From Deltaproteobacteria bacterium (GTDB lineage Bacteria; Myxococcota_A; UBA9042; PHBI01), in contig JAEUKJ010000179.1 in NCBI GenBank assembly GCA_016792665.1, positions 1 through 58,475 of the forward strand: a DNA stretch of 58,475 nucleotides, read 5' to 3'. Of this stretch, positions 30,036-39,209 are shown piece after piece. The position numbers were made by a program, and so were the translations under genes. Positions within the stretch are counted from its first letter, which is position 1. Each line of letters opens with the position of its first letter. The notes below the pieces were generated by a model. It was not told the DNA's origin. It did no database searches and saw only the letters and a list, made by a program, of their open reading frames with translations.

Positions 30036-32366
30036 ATGGCGAAGGTGACCCCACAGCGGTTCGGCAAGTACATCCTGCTCAGGCGCATCGCGCTCGGCGG
30101 CATGGCCGAGATTTTCAAGGCCAAGTCTGCAGGTGCCGAGGGGTTCGAGAAGGACCTCGTCATCAAGCGGATCTTGCCGCACTTCTCCGATGACGAAGCC
30201 TTCGTGCGCATGTTCGTGGACGAGGCGCGTCTCACCGCGAAGCTGCAACATCCGAACATTGTTCAGATATTCGATTTCGATGTGGTCGACGGCTCGTACT
30301 ACATCGCGATGGAGTACATCGAGGGCAAGGACCTGAAGGACATCACCGAGGAGTCGCTGAAGCAGGGCGACCCGCTCTCGGTGGCCCAGAGTGTCTTCAT
30401 CGCCGCCGAGGTCGCCAAGGGCCTGCACTACGCCCACACCAAGGAAGAGAAGGGGCAGCCTCTCGGGATCGTGCATCGCGACGTGACGCCGAGCAACGTC
30501 ATGATCTCGTATCGCGGCGACGTGAAGCTCATGGACTTCGGCATCGCCAAGGCCGCGCAGCGCTCGACCAAGACGCAGGCCGGCGCGGTGAAGGGCAAGG
30601 TCGCCTACATGAGCCCCGAGCAGGCGCGCGGCAAGCCGCTCGACGGGCGCAGCGACATCTTCGCGCTCGGCGTGATGCTCTGGGAGATGCTCACCGGCAA
30701 GCGCCTCTTCATCGCCGACAGCGACTTCGAGACCATCGAGCACGTGCTGAGGCTCGAGGCGCCGGCACCGAGCACGATCAACCCGCGCTGCCCTCCCGAG
30801 CTCGACCCGATCGTCGCGAAGTGCGTGGCGAAGGACCCGAACGCGCGCTACGCGTCGGCCGAGATTCTCGCGCGCGACCTCACGCGTTGGTACTACTCGA
30901 CGGTCACGGATCTCGAGAAAGAGAAGCTCAAGCCGCTGATGTATCGGGTCTTCAAGCAAGACATCGATCAGCTCGAGCAGAGCTCCTACGAGGACGACGC
31001 GGTGCTGGCGGCCGGCGGACTGCCGCCCATCGCGGGACCGACGGCGATGCAGCCTGCGTCGCGCACCGGGCCGGTGAGCGAAGACGCGACGCGCATGGAG
31101 ATCGGCACGGCCGACAAGACGCGCGTGGCGGCCGGCTCGCTGCTCAGCGACGTGACGTTGACGCGCTCGCGCGGGACCGTGACTGGGGCGCCGAGCCTCG
31201 CGAACCCGATCGAACCGCAGCGCAAGGGCTCGGCCCTGCCCTGGATCCTGCTGGCGATCCTCTTGCTGGGTGGCGGCTTCGCGGCCCTGTGGTTCCTGGT
31301 CCTCGACAAGCCCGCGACCATCGCCCAGGGGCCGACCACGACCCCGGTCGGTGGGACGGCCACCGCGCCGGGCCCCGACGTGACGAGCCCGGACAAGGGC
31401 AAGGCGACGCTCTACATCAAGGTCGATCCGCACACGGCCGAGGTGAAGGTCGATGGCAACGTGGTGGGCGGCGAGGTGTCGGGGCTGAACCTCGGCCAGA
31501 AGGTGCGGGTGGTCGCCGAGGCCCCCGGCTACAAGCGCTTCGAGGACTTCGTCGCCATCGAAGATCCGGCGCCGGTCTTCGCGATCAAGATGGAGAAAGA
31601 GGGCGTCGCCCGGCGCGTCATCATCAAGCCGTCGGCCGACGCGGACGAGGTCTTCGTCGACGATCAGCGGCTCGGTCTCGGGGCGCAGCCGTTCTCGGGG
31701 ACGGTCGGCCAGGAGGTCCTCGTGCGGATCGTGCCCGCGACGGGTGGGCCGGCGGTGACGAAGCTCGTGAAGATCACCGAGGACGCGTCGACGTTCGAGG
31801 TCGCGACCCCGGGAGCCCTGGTCGTCACGATCGAGCCGGTCGAGGCGAAGGTGACGGCGTCGAGTGGCACGATCGAGGTCCAGAAGCCGGGGGTCGTCGC
31901 GATCCGGGGCGTCGAGTACGGCAAGACGGTCACGATCGAGGTCAAGGCGAAGGACTTCAAGGACGCGGTGCGCGACGTGATCGTGTCGCAGCCGAACCAG
32001 GCCGTGTCGGTGAAGCTCGACAAGGCCGCGCCCGAGAAGCCGGGCAAGCCCGAGAAGCCCGGCACGCCGGACAAGCCCGGCACGCCCGAGAAGCCCGGCA
32101 CGCCTGACAAGCCCGGCACCCCCGACAAGCCCGACAAGCCCGAGATCCCGGTCGCCTCCAAGGGGTCGATCAGCGTCACGGCAAAGCCGTGGGCGCAGGT
32201 CCAGGTCAATGGCCGCCCGTACGGGTCGGTGCCCGTCACCGTGAAAGAGCTCAGCGAAGGGACCTACACGGTGCTCCTGACGAAGGGGCCGCAGTCGGTG
32301 ACCCGGACCGTGATCGTGAAGGCCGGCAAGCAGGCCTCGGTCTTTGTCGACTTCACCGAGCTGTGA
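30036..32366 (+). CDS. Membrane Ser/Thr protein kinase with PEGA-like extracytoplasmic domains
   Basis: GGMAE, VIKR, HRDVTPSN, DFG, YMSPEQ; TM helix; C-terminal PWAQVQVNG PEGA repeat. Confidence 0.95.
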   Translation: MAKVTPQRFGKYILLRRIALGGMAEIFKAKSAGAEGFEKDLVIKRILPHFSDDEAFVRMFVDEARLTAKLQHPNIVQIFDFDVVDGSYYIAMEYIEGKDLKDITEESLKQGDPLSVAQSVFIAAEVAKGLHYAHTKEEKGQPLGIVHRDVTPSNVMISYRGDVKLMDFGIAKAAQRSTKTQAGAVKGKVAYMSPEQARGKPLDGRSDIFALGVMLWEMLTGKRLFIADSDFETIEHVLRLEAPAPSTINPRCPPELDPIVAKCVAKDPNARYASAEILARDLTRWYYSTVTDLEKEKLKPLMYRVFKQDIDQLEQSSYEDDAVLAAGGLPPIAGPTAMQPASRTGPVSEDATRMEIGTADKTRVAAGSLLSDVTLTRSRGTVTGAPSLANPIEPQRKGSALPWILLAILLLGGGFAALWFLVLDKPATIAQGPTTTPVGGTATAPGPDVTSPDKGKATLYIKVDPHTAEVKVDGNVVGGEVSGLNLGQKVRVVAEAPGYKRFEDFVAIEDPAPVFAIKMEKEGVARRVIIKPSADADEVFVDDQRLGLGAQPFSGTVGQEVLVRIVPATGGPAVTKLVKITEDASTFEVATPGALVVTIEPVEAKVTASSGTIEVQKPGVVAIRGVEYGKTVTIEVKAKDFKDAVRDVIVSQPNQAVSVKLDKAAPEKPGKPEKPGTPDKPGTPEKPGTPDKPGTPDKPDKPEIPVASKGSISVTAKPWAQVQVNGRPYGSVPVTVKELSEGTYTVLLTKGPQSVTRTVIVKAGKQASVFVDFTEL
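32031..32145 (+). repeat. Coding repeat P(E/D)KPG(T/K)
   Basis: 18-bp units in the kinase linker. Confidence 0.8.
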
Positions 32367-32473
32367 GGCCGGTGCGAGCCTCTGCGCGCGGTGGCGCGGG
32401 TGGCTTCCCCCGGATCTCGCAACGACCCAAAGTGCGTTGAAGATTGCGCTGTTGCATGGGATCGCTTTTTCCG

Positions 32474-32502
32474 TTCACTTCGACCGGGACCCGTGCTAGA
32501 CC
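32474..32502 (+). promoter_or_regulatory. Putative sigma70 promoter of rpsD
   Basis: TTCACT-N17-TAGACC with an extended TG. Confidence 0.4.
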
Positions 32503-32624
32503 CCGCCGCCCTGTCGAGATCCGAACGGTCCGCGAGTCTGTGACCCTTCGGAGATGCATCCGCCGGCAACCTGGCTCCGCCAGGCCTAGAGTGGATTAGA
32601 ACCCAAGCGAGCTCAGAAGAAGCC

Positions 32625-33239
32625 ATGTCGCGATACACCGGTCCTCGTCTCAAGAAGATGCGCGCGCTCGGAATCGATCTCCCCGGCCTCTCGCGGAAGT
32701 CGATCGAACGGCGGCCTTACCCGCCGGGTCAGCATGGCCCGAAGGCGCGCAAGAAGCTCACCGACTACGGCAAGCAGCTTGCCGAGAAGCAGAAGCTTCG
32801 CCTGAACTACGGCCTGGGTGAGCGCCAGATCCGCCGCTACATGGTCGAGGCCCGCCGCTCGAAGACGGCCTCGGGCGACAAGCTCGTCGAGCTGCTCGAG
32901 CGTCGCCTCGACAACGTGGTGTTCCGCGCCGGCTTCGCGCCGACGATCCCGGCCGCCCGCCAGCTCGTCGCGCACGGTCACTTCACCGTGAACGGCCGCC
33001 GCGTCGACATCCCGAGCTTCCAGGTGAAGGTCGGCGATCTCGTCTCCGTGAAGGAGAAGAGCCGCGAGCTGAAGGCCATCCTGGAGAGCGTCGAGGCCCA
33101 GAGCCTGGCGCGCCCCGACTGGCTGGACGTGAACAAGGGCGAGAAGAACGCCAAGATGCGCGAGCTGCCCGGCCGCGAGTCGCTGCCGTTCACGTGCGAC
33201 CTCCAGCAGGTCGTCGAGTACTACGCCAAGCGCCTCTAG
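32625..33239 (+). CDS. rpsD: 30S ribosomal protein S4 (stand-alone, no zinc-ribbon cysteines)
   Basis: MSRYTGPR, PPGQHG, QLAEKQK, LERRLDNVVFR, ARQLVAHGH, VVEYY. Confidence 0.97.
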   Translation: MSRYTGPRLKKMRALGIDLPGLSRKSIERRPYPPGQHGPKARKKLTDYGKQLAEKQKLRLNYGLGERQIRRYMVEARRSKTASGDKLVELLERRLDNVVFRAGFAPTIPAARQLVAHGHFTVNGRRVDIPSFQVKVGDLVSVKEKSRELKAILESVEAQSLARPDWLDVNKGEKNAKMRELPGRESLPFTCDLQQVVEYYAKRL

Positions 33240-33294
33240 TCGGCGGTCGTGATCGCGCCGGATCTCCGGCTCGCACTCGCGACGATCGCACATC

Positions 33295-33336
33295 GCAAAG
33301 ACCCTGCCTCCTCACGGATGCGGGGTTTTTGCTTTG
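33295..33336 (+). terminator. Intrinsic terminator after rpsD
   Basis: GCAAAGACCCTGCCTCC-TCAC-GGATGCGGGGTTTTTGC stem with a U-rich end. Confidence 0.7.
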
Positions 33337-33403
33337 GGCCCACGGGCCTTCTGCGGATTTGCACCCGCCGGCAGCCTCGGTCCGCGAGGCCTTGTGCGAA
33401 ATC

Positions 33404-33430
33404 GTGTCCACCGCGCGCGACTCACGGGTC
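33404..33430 (+). promoter_or_regulatory. Putative ECF-sigma autoregulatory promoter GTGTCCAC-N13-CGGGTC
   Basis: Same motif and spacing recur at 36844-36870. Confidence 0.6.
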
Positions 33431-33471
33431 TCAGTGATTGTAGACCCTCGAGGCACCCCCTACGGAGCACG

Positions 33472-33960
33472 ATGCCTCCCGCCATCGCACGGACCGAGCT
33501 CGACCTCGGCCACCTCTATCGCACCCACATCACCATGGTCCGCCAGCGTTGCTTGCGGATCCTCGGAGCCCAGGCCATGGCCGAAGACATCGCCCAGGAC
33601 GTCTTCGTCTCGTTCGCCGAGACCTACGGCTCGAAGCCGCCCGAGCGATCGGGCGCGTTGCTCTATGCGATGGCGACCCACCGGGCGCTCAACGCGTTGC
33701 GCGATGGGCGGCGACGCAACGAGATCCTCGCTCAGAACGCGAGCACGGAGGTCGAGATCCCCAACGAGCTCGGCGTCGATCTGCGCCGCGCGCTAGCGGC
33801 CCTCGACCCCGAGCTCGCCGCGATCGGCACCTACACCTACGTCGACGGCATGGAGCAGGACGAGATCGCCGAGGTCCTCGGGCTCCATCGACGCACCGTG
33901 AGCCGACGCCTCGAAGCCTTCCGCGTCGAGGCGCGCGCGCTCCTCGGAGGACAGCGATGA
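33472..33960 (+). CDS. ECF RNA polymerase sigma factor
   Basis: Region 2 AEDIAQDVFV...LYAMATHRALNALR; region 4 DGMEQDEIAEVLGLHRRTVSRRL; GGAG RBS. Confidence 0.92.
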   Translation: MPPAIARTELDLGHLYRTHITMVRQRCLRILGAQAMAEDIAQDVFVSFAETYGSKPPERSGALLYAMATHRALNALRDGRRRNEILAQNASTEVEIPNELGVDLRRALAALDPELAAIGTYTYVDGMEQDEIAEVLGLHRRTVSRRLEAFRVEARALLGGQR

Positions 33961-34634
33961 CAACGATCAACCCGACACGAACCCCGACCTGCCTCTCCGC
34001 CTATCGCGTGTCCCAGCTCGCGGCGGGCCTGCTCGCGGGCCCGTCCCTCGCCACCTGCGAGGCCCACCTCGCCACGTGCGCCCGCTGCAGTGAGCTCGTC
34101 GCGCATGAACGCCGCGCCGTCGAGGAAGCCCTCGCCGCGCCCGTGCCGCCCTCGCTGGCAGTGATCGCAGGGCGACGCGACGCAGCGATCGCGGCCAGGA
34201 AGCGCTGGTGGCGCGTGCTGCCGATGCTGGGGATCGTGGCGATGGCAGCCCTCGCCCTGGTCGTGGTCCAGACCTCGGGTGCGCCCGACCCGCAGCCCGA
34301 CACGATCCGCGCCAAGGGCGCCTTCGTGGTCGAGGCCAGCGTCCAGCGCGACAACGCTCTGGTCGTCGATCAGCAGCGCCTGAGCGATCTCGGCACGCTG
34401 CGCGACGGCGATCGCCTGCGCCTCCACCTGCGCAACGCGACGGGCTCGGTGAAGGTCGAGGGGCAGGACGGCGCGACCTGGGTGATCCTCTTCGAGGGCC
34501 CGGTTCCGGCCGATGGATGGTTGCCGCTCGGGCTCGCCGTCGACAATACCTCCGAGACCGCGCTACGTGTGACCGTGTGCGCGGCCGCCGAGGTCGCGTG
34601 CGAGACCCTCACCCAGAGGCTGGACGTGCGTTGA
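33957..34634 (+). CDS. Zinc-binding (ZAS) transmembrane anti-sigma factor
   Basis: C...HLATCARC (HxxxCxxC), one TM helix, periplasmic beta domain; ATGA overlap with the sigma gene. Confidence 0.85.
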   Translation: MTTINPTRTPTCLSAYRVSQLAAGLLAGPSLATCEAHLATCARCSELVAHERRAVEEALAAPVPPSLAVIAGRRDAAIAARKRWWRVLPMLGIVAMAALALVVVQTSGAPDPQPDTIRAKGAFVVEASVQRDNALVVDQQRLSDLGTLRDGDRLRLHLRNATGSVKVEGQDGATWVILFEGPVPADGWLPLGLAVDNTSETALRVTVCAAAEVACETLTQRLDVR

Positions 34635-36184
34635 TGTTGGCCGCCCTCGCGACGCTCATCGGGCTCACCACCGCCGCCCTCCCTCCGCCTGGCGAGACGC
34701 GCTATGCGCTCATCGTCGGCGCCCACGAAGGGGCCAGCGGCGAGGTCACCCTCGCCTTCGCGGGGCGCGATGCGAAGCGCGTCGGCGACGCCCTGGTGCA
34801 GCTCGGCGGCTTCCTGCCCGACAACGTCGTGACCCTCATCGACCCCGACAGCGGTCGCATGCGGGACGCTCTGGCGCGGCTGAATGCGCGGCTCCGTGCC
34901 GAGCGCGGCCCCAACAAGACCAGCGTGCTGTTCGTGTACTACTCGGGGCACGCGGACGAGCGTGCGCTCCACCTCGGCGACACCGCCGTGCCGTGGGACG
35001 AGCTCGTCAACAACGTGCAGGGCTCGGCGGCCGAGCTGCGCGTGCTGGTCGTCGATGCCTGTCGATCGGGCTTCGCGACGCGCGTGAAGGGCCTGAGACC
35101 CGACGTGCCCTTCGCGCTGCCGGTCGCGGTCGAGCCCGCCGCCGAGGGCATGGCCATCCTGGCGTCGGCGACCCAGGGCGAGGACGCGCAGGAGTCCGAG
35201 GCGCTCGGCGCGTCCTTCTTCACGCACCACCTGCTGGCCGGCCTGCGCGGCGCGGCGGATGCGAACGACGACTCGCTCGTGACCCTGGAAGAGGTCTATC
35301 GCTATGCGCGCGATCAGACCGTCGCCAGCACCGCGACCACCGCGACCGGCGTCCAGCATCCGACCTACCGCTGGGACTTCAAGGGCCGGGCCAACGTGGT
35401 CCTGGCCACCCTCGCGGCGACGCGCTCGCAAGGCGTCGTCGTGCTGCCCGGCGAGGGGCGCTTCCTCTTTCACGAAGGCCGCGTCGATGGCCCGCTCGCC
35501 TCCGAGGTCGTCAGCCGCGGGGTCGGCACGCGCGTGCTCTTGCCGGCCGGTCGCTACGGCGTGCGCTGGCGGCGGCCGGCGCGCTATCACGAGGGCGTCA
35601 TCAACGTGGTCGCCCAGAAGGAAACGGCGATCGATGCCTCGTCGTTGCAGGTCTTCGAGTACGCGCGCCTCGTCCGCAAGGGGGGCGCGGCCGACGACGC
35701 GTGGGAGCTCATGGCGCTGGGACAGGTCGCCTCGCCGCCGCTCGCGGCCTACGACGCGACGCCGGGGATCGCACTCGGGGCGTCTCTCGATCTCAGCGCG
35801 TTGGGCCTCGACGCGCTCCTCTGGTATGGCGCGTCGGCCTCGGCCGGCGACGGGCTCGCGGCCACGGCCCACGAGCTCGGGCTGGTCGTCGGCGTCCGCA
35901 AGAGCTTCGACGTCGGGCCGGTCGCCCTCGGGCTCGGGGTGCGCGGCGGCCTGGTCGCGCTCGCGCAGTCCTTCGAGGCCCCGGACGAAGCGACGCGCAG
36001 GCGGTTGGCTCCGTTGCTCGAGGTCCCGCTGCGCGCGGCGATCGTCTTGGATGGGCCGCTCTCGCTGGTGCTGGAGGGCGGGCTGCGGGTGAGCCCGCGT
36101 GAGGTCTTGCGCGACGACGAGAGCGCCGAGGCGACCTGGCTCGGGGCCTGGGGTCGGCTCGGGCTCGCGTGGGCGATGCCATGA
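34634..36184 (+). CDS. Exported caspase-family (C14-like) protease with probable C-terminal outer-membrane beta-barrel
   Basis: Signal-like N-terminus; RYALIVG, catalytic YYSGHA and DACRSG, SFFTHHL..GLRGAAD, QHP; amphipathic beta-strands ending RLGLAW. Confidence 0.85.
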   Translation: MLAALATLIGLTTAALPPPGETRYALIVGAHEGASGEVTLAFAGRDAKRVGDALVQLGGFLPDNVVTLIDPDSGRMRDALARLNARLRAERGPNKTSVLFVYYSGHADERALHLGDTAVPWDELVNNVQGSAAELRVLVVDACRSGFATRVKGLRPDVPFALPVAVEPAAEGMAILASATQGEDAQESEALGASFFTHHLLAGLRGAADANDDSLVTLEEVYRYARDQTVASTATTATGVQHPTYRWDFKGRANVVLATLAATRSQGVVVLPGEGRFLFHEGRVDGPLASEVVSRGVGTRVLLPAGRYGVRWRRPARYHEGVINVVAQKETAIDASSLQVFEYARLVRKGGAADDAWELMALGQVASPPLAAYDATPGIALGASLDLSALGLDALLWYGASASAGDGLAATAHELGLVVGVRKSFDVGPVALGLGVRGGLVALAQSFEAPDEATRRRLAPLLEVPLRAAIVLDGPLSLVLEGGLRVSPREVLRDDESAEATWLGAWGRLGLAWAMP

Positions 36185-36819
36185 AGACCTGGGGCGCGAT
36201 CGCAATGGGGGTCGCCGTGACCGTCGGCGCCTGCGATCCGTTGGCGGAAGGCGACTGGCGCGGCGCGCCGCAGATGATCGTGCGCCTCGAGGTGGGCGCG
36301 CTACCGATCCCGCGCCCCGACGAGCTGCGCACCCTCGCCATCGTGTGGACCTCGCTCGGTGGGCCGACCGATCGCCAGAGCTTCGAGCTCCCCCAGGCCG
36401 AGCCGCAGTCTTTCGGCGGGGTCGAGCTGCGCCTCCACGCCAGCACCGCCATGCGCAACGTGGCCCAGGTCGGGGCTGCCGCCCCGAAAGCCGGCGTGGC
36501 GATCGGCTTCCCGCTGGTGCGACTCGGTGACGTGAGCGAGCCCCTCGATCTCGACGATGGGGTCATCGCGGTGAGCGACGACCACTACCTCGTCTGGGCC
36601 GAGGACGCCGACCGCGCACGTGCCGCGGGTGGCCCGGCGATGGCGGCGATCTTGAACCCGATCGCCCTCGAGGATGGCTTCAACCTCGCGGTCGGCGTGT
36701 GCCGCGAGGGGCGGCCGAGCCAGGTCCTCATCGTGCCGCCCGAGCGCGTGGCCCTGGTGCCGGTCGAGACCGTGCGCGCGGGGAGCTGCCTCGACGTGTT
36801 CTGGGGCGCCTGGCGATGA
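36181..36819 (+). CDS. Hypothetical lipoprotein
   Basis: TVGAC lipobox; ATGA overlap with the caspase gene. Confidence 0.8.
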   Translation: MKTWGAIAMGVAVTVGACDPLAEGDWRGAPQMIVRLEVGALPIPRPDELRTLAIVWTSLGGPTDRQSFELPQAEPQSFGGVELRLHASTAMRNVAQVGAAAPKAGVAIGFPLVRLGDVSEPLDLDDGVIAVSDDHYLVWAEDADRARAAGGPAMAAILNPIALEDGFNLAVGVCREGRPSQVLIVPPERVALVPVETVRAGSCLDVFWGAWR

Positions 36820-36843
36820 ATCGCGAGGGGCCCTCATTTTCTG

Positions 36844-36870
36844 GTGTCCACGGGCGCGAGCTCGCGGGTC
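36844..36870 (+). promoter_or_regulatory. Second copy of putative ECF promoter GTGTCCAC-N13-CGGGTC
   Basis: Matches 33404-33430; about 85 bp upstream of ATG 36955. Confidence 0.6.
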
Positions 36871-36954
36871 ATCCACAGCGAGACCGGCAGCGACGACTTG
36901 TGCGCAAGCCGAGATGACCAGCACACTGACGACGACCGACCCTTCGAGGACACC

Positions 36955-38517
36955 ATGCGACGCCTTGCTCGACCCATCCTGCTCACCGCAATGACCTTCG
37001 GTCCCCTGACCTCGGCCTGCACCGAGACGAGCGAACCCGTGAAGGGCCAGCCGATCGTGATCTTCCCGGCCGCCGTCCAGAGCGCCGCCAAGACCAACGC
37101 CCGGGCCATCGCGCACGAGCTCTGGCAGGCCCAGGACTGGCTCGGCAAGACCGACAGCGTCGACGCGATCGGGGACGTCTTCCAGTTCGGGGTCGAGACC
37201 GACATCCCGGCGCCGCGCAACGCCATCTTCCTGCCCGAGGACGAGCGCGAGTTCAACGAGGCCATGGACGACCTCGACACCTTCCTGGAAGAGCACGTGT
37301 TCGTCGATGCGCAGATCGAGTCGCGCAACGACACCTCGATCACCTACAAGCTCGACCCGCAGATCGCTTGCGACGCCGATCTGTTCGACCTCGAAGATTG
37401 CCAGCGCTTCCTCACCGAGATGCCGATCCGCATCCGCGCCACGCGCTTCCGCGAGTCCGACGTGGACCTCGAGTTGCTGGCCGGCCCCGACAAGACGAGC
37501 CTCGCGACCCTCGAGCTGCACGAAGACCTGGCGGCCCTGACGGTCGACTTCGCCTCGGGGGCGGCGGTCATCGACGAGCTCGTCGCGGTCGCCGACGGCG
37601 ACGATGAGGACGGCCCCACGGTCGACATCGACGGCAAGGCCCGCATCGCCGTGCGCCGCCTGGCCGAGGACAAGCTGCGCCTCGAGTCCGCCGTGACCGA
37701 GCCGATCGCGCTGAAGGTCGACCAGGGCGAGGAGGGCATCGTCGAGGTGACGAGCGCGCTCGGCACGTTCGCCCTGGACGTCGACTACGCCGCGAGCAAG
37801 GCGACCCTCGACATCGACCTCGGCCGCAGCACGGTGACCGCGCCGAAGCGCCTCGTGCAGATGCAGCCCGAGTGCTACGAGGTGTGGTCGACCGACGCGG
37901 ACGGCAACGAGACCTACACCGAGGAGTGCGACGGCGAGACCCTGCCGGAGGCCCAGGGGCAGTTCTCGCTCATCGTCGAGCGCTTGGCCGTCTATGCCGA
38001 GCTCGATGACACGGCCAAGAACATCGCGTTGAAGGGGCTCGCGCTGGGGCCGATCAAGGTCCTCTCGGATGCGGCGACCGCGGCCGAGCTCTCGATCGGG
38101 GGCACGACGCCCTTCGACCTCACGCTCGCGACCAACGACGACGACACCGTGAACCTCTCCCTGTCGCGGGCGGTCGAGGCCTCGGCCATCCTGCGCATGG
38201 GCCTCCTCGACGACACCTTCGGTGACCTCCCCGAGTGGTTCCGCGACGAGGACCTCGGCTTGAAGATCCTCGGCGAGGCCCCCTCGCTCACCGCCCTCGT
38301 CGAAGGCATCATCGTCGGAGCCGCCACCACCCTCGAGATGACGAGCCGCTTCGGCGACCCGCAGCAGTTCTCGGCCGAGGCCGGCCAGTGCGTGTGGGTC
38401 GACACCTCGACCGACCTCGAGGAGAACGAGTCGCACCCGTTCGACATGCGCAAGGGCGACACCTGCCCGGAGCCCGACGCCGAGATCGGTGTCGGCGGGA
38501 GCAACCCTCCGTCCTGA
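36955..38517 (+). CDS. Large acidic beta-rich lipoprotein of unknown function
   Basis: GAGGA RBS; LTSAC lipobox; three apparent Cys pairs. Confidence 0.82.
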   Translation: MRRLARPILLTAMTFGPLTSACTETSEPVKGQPIVIFPAAVQSAAKTNARAIAHELWQAQDWLGKTDSVDAIGDVFQFGVETDIPAPRNAIFLPEDEREFNEAMDDLDTFLEEHVFVDAQIESRNDTSITYKLDPQIACDADLFDLEDCQRFLTEMPIRIRATRFRESDVDLELLAGPDKTSLATLELHEDLAALTVDFASGAAVIDELVAVADGDDEDGPTVDIDGKARIAVRRLAEDKLRLESAVTEPIALKVDQGEEGIVEVTSALGTFALDVDYAASKATLDIDLGRSTVTAPKRLVQMQPECYEVWSTDADGNETYTEECDGETLPEAQGQFSLIVERLAVYAELDDTAKNIALKGLALGPIKVLSDAATAAELSIGGTTPFDLTLATNDDDTVNLSLSRAVEASAILRMGLLDDTFGDLPEWFRDEDLGLKILGEAPSLTALVEGIIVGAATTLEMTSRFGDPQQFSAEAGQCVWVDTSTDLEENESHPFDMRKGDTCPEPDAEIGVGGSNPPS

Positions 38518-38547
38518 TGAAGCACCGGGGATGAACGGGTCAGGGTC

Positions 38548-39171
38548 TCACGCGGTGACGCGCGCGACCTTGGCCCGCCCTGCGCTCGCATCGCGCAGCG
38601 CCGCTTCGAAGGCGGCGCGGACGGCACTCTCGATCGACACCGTCAGCGTGACCTCGGCGCCGTAATCGGCGCCTTCGTGTTTGGCCGCATAGGCCGCCAA
38701 CACCCCCTGCACCGCGCCGGACAGGGTGTAGTCGAAGCCGATGGCGTAGCGCGTGGTCGGCACGAAGGGGACGACCTGGCTCGCGGCGAGCACCGCGCGG
38801 GCCGCGTCCCCGTAGCCCTTGGCGAGGTCGCCGGTCGCCAGCTTCTGGCCACCCGGGATGCGCGCGACGAGCACGACGGTGTTTATCAGACCGAGCTGGT
38901 CGAGGCGCTGGAGGATGGGTCGACCCGCGGCACCGATGGGCTCGCCTCCATCGGACCAGCCGAAGTCCTCGGGCTCGGGGGCGACGCGAAACGCGTAGGC
39001 GTGATGCACCGCGTCGGGATGGTCCGCGCGCGCCTCGACGAGCGCGGCCTTGGCGATGGCGAGCCCGTGCTCGGGCGCGGTCGGCAGGGCGCGCGCCAGA
39101 AAGCGCGAGGCCTTGACGCGCTCGCCCTCGGCGAAGGCGGGCTCGGCAATGGTCATGAATGAGGTCGTCAC
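38548..39171 (-). CDS. YigZ/IMPACT family protein (divergent)
   Basis: VKASRFLA, HPDAVHHAYAFR, SDGGEP..AGRPIL, C-terminal ferredoxin-like domain. Confidence 0.85.
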   Translation of the reverse strand: MTTSFMTIAEPAFAEGERVKASRFLARALPTAPEHGLAIAKAALVEARADHPDAVHHAYAFRVAPEPEDFGWSDGGEPIGAAGRPILQRLDQLGLINTVVLVARIPGGQKLATGDLAKGYGDAARAVLAASQVVPFVPTTRYAIGFDYTLSGAVQGVLAAYAAKHEGADYGAEVTLTVSIESAVRAAFEAALRDASAGRAKVARVTA

Positions 39172-39209
39172 CGCTCGCTCGACTCCGTCCGACGCGTCAT
39201 CATCGACGC

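Noticed and set aside
32367-32624. tRNA or known riboswitch upstream of rpsD
   Set aside because: No cloverleaf, T-loop or recognisable riboswitch consensus found by eye.
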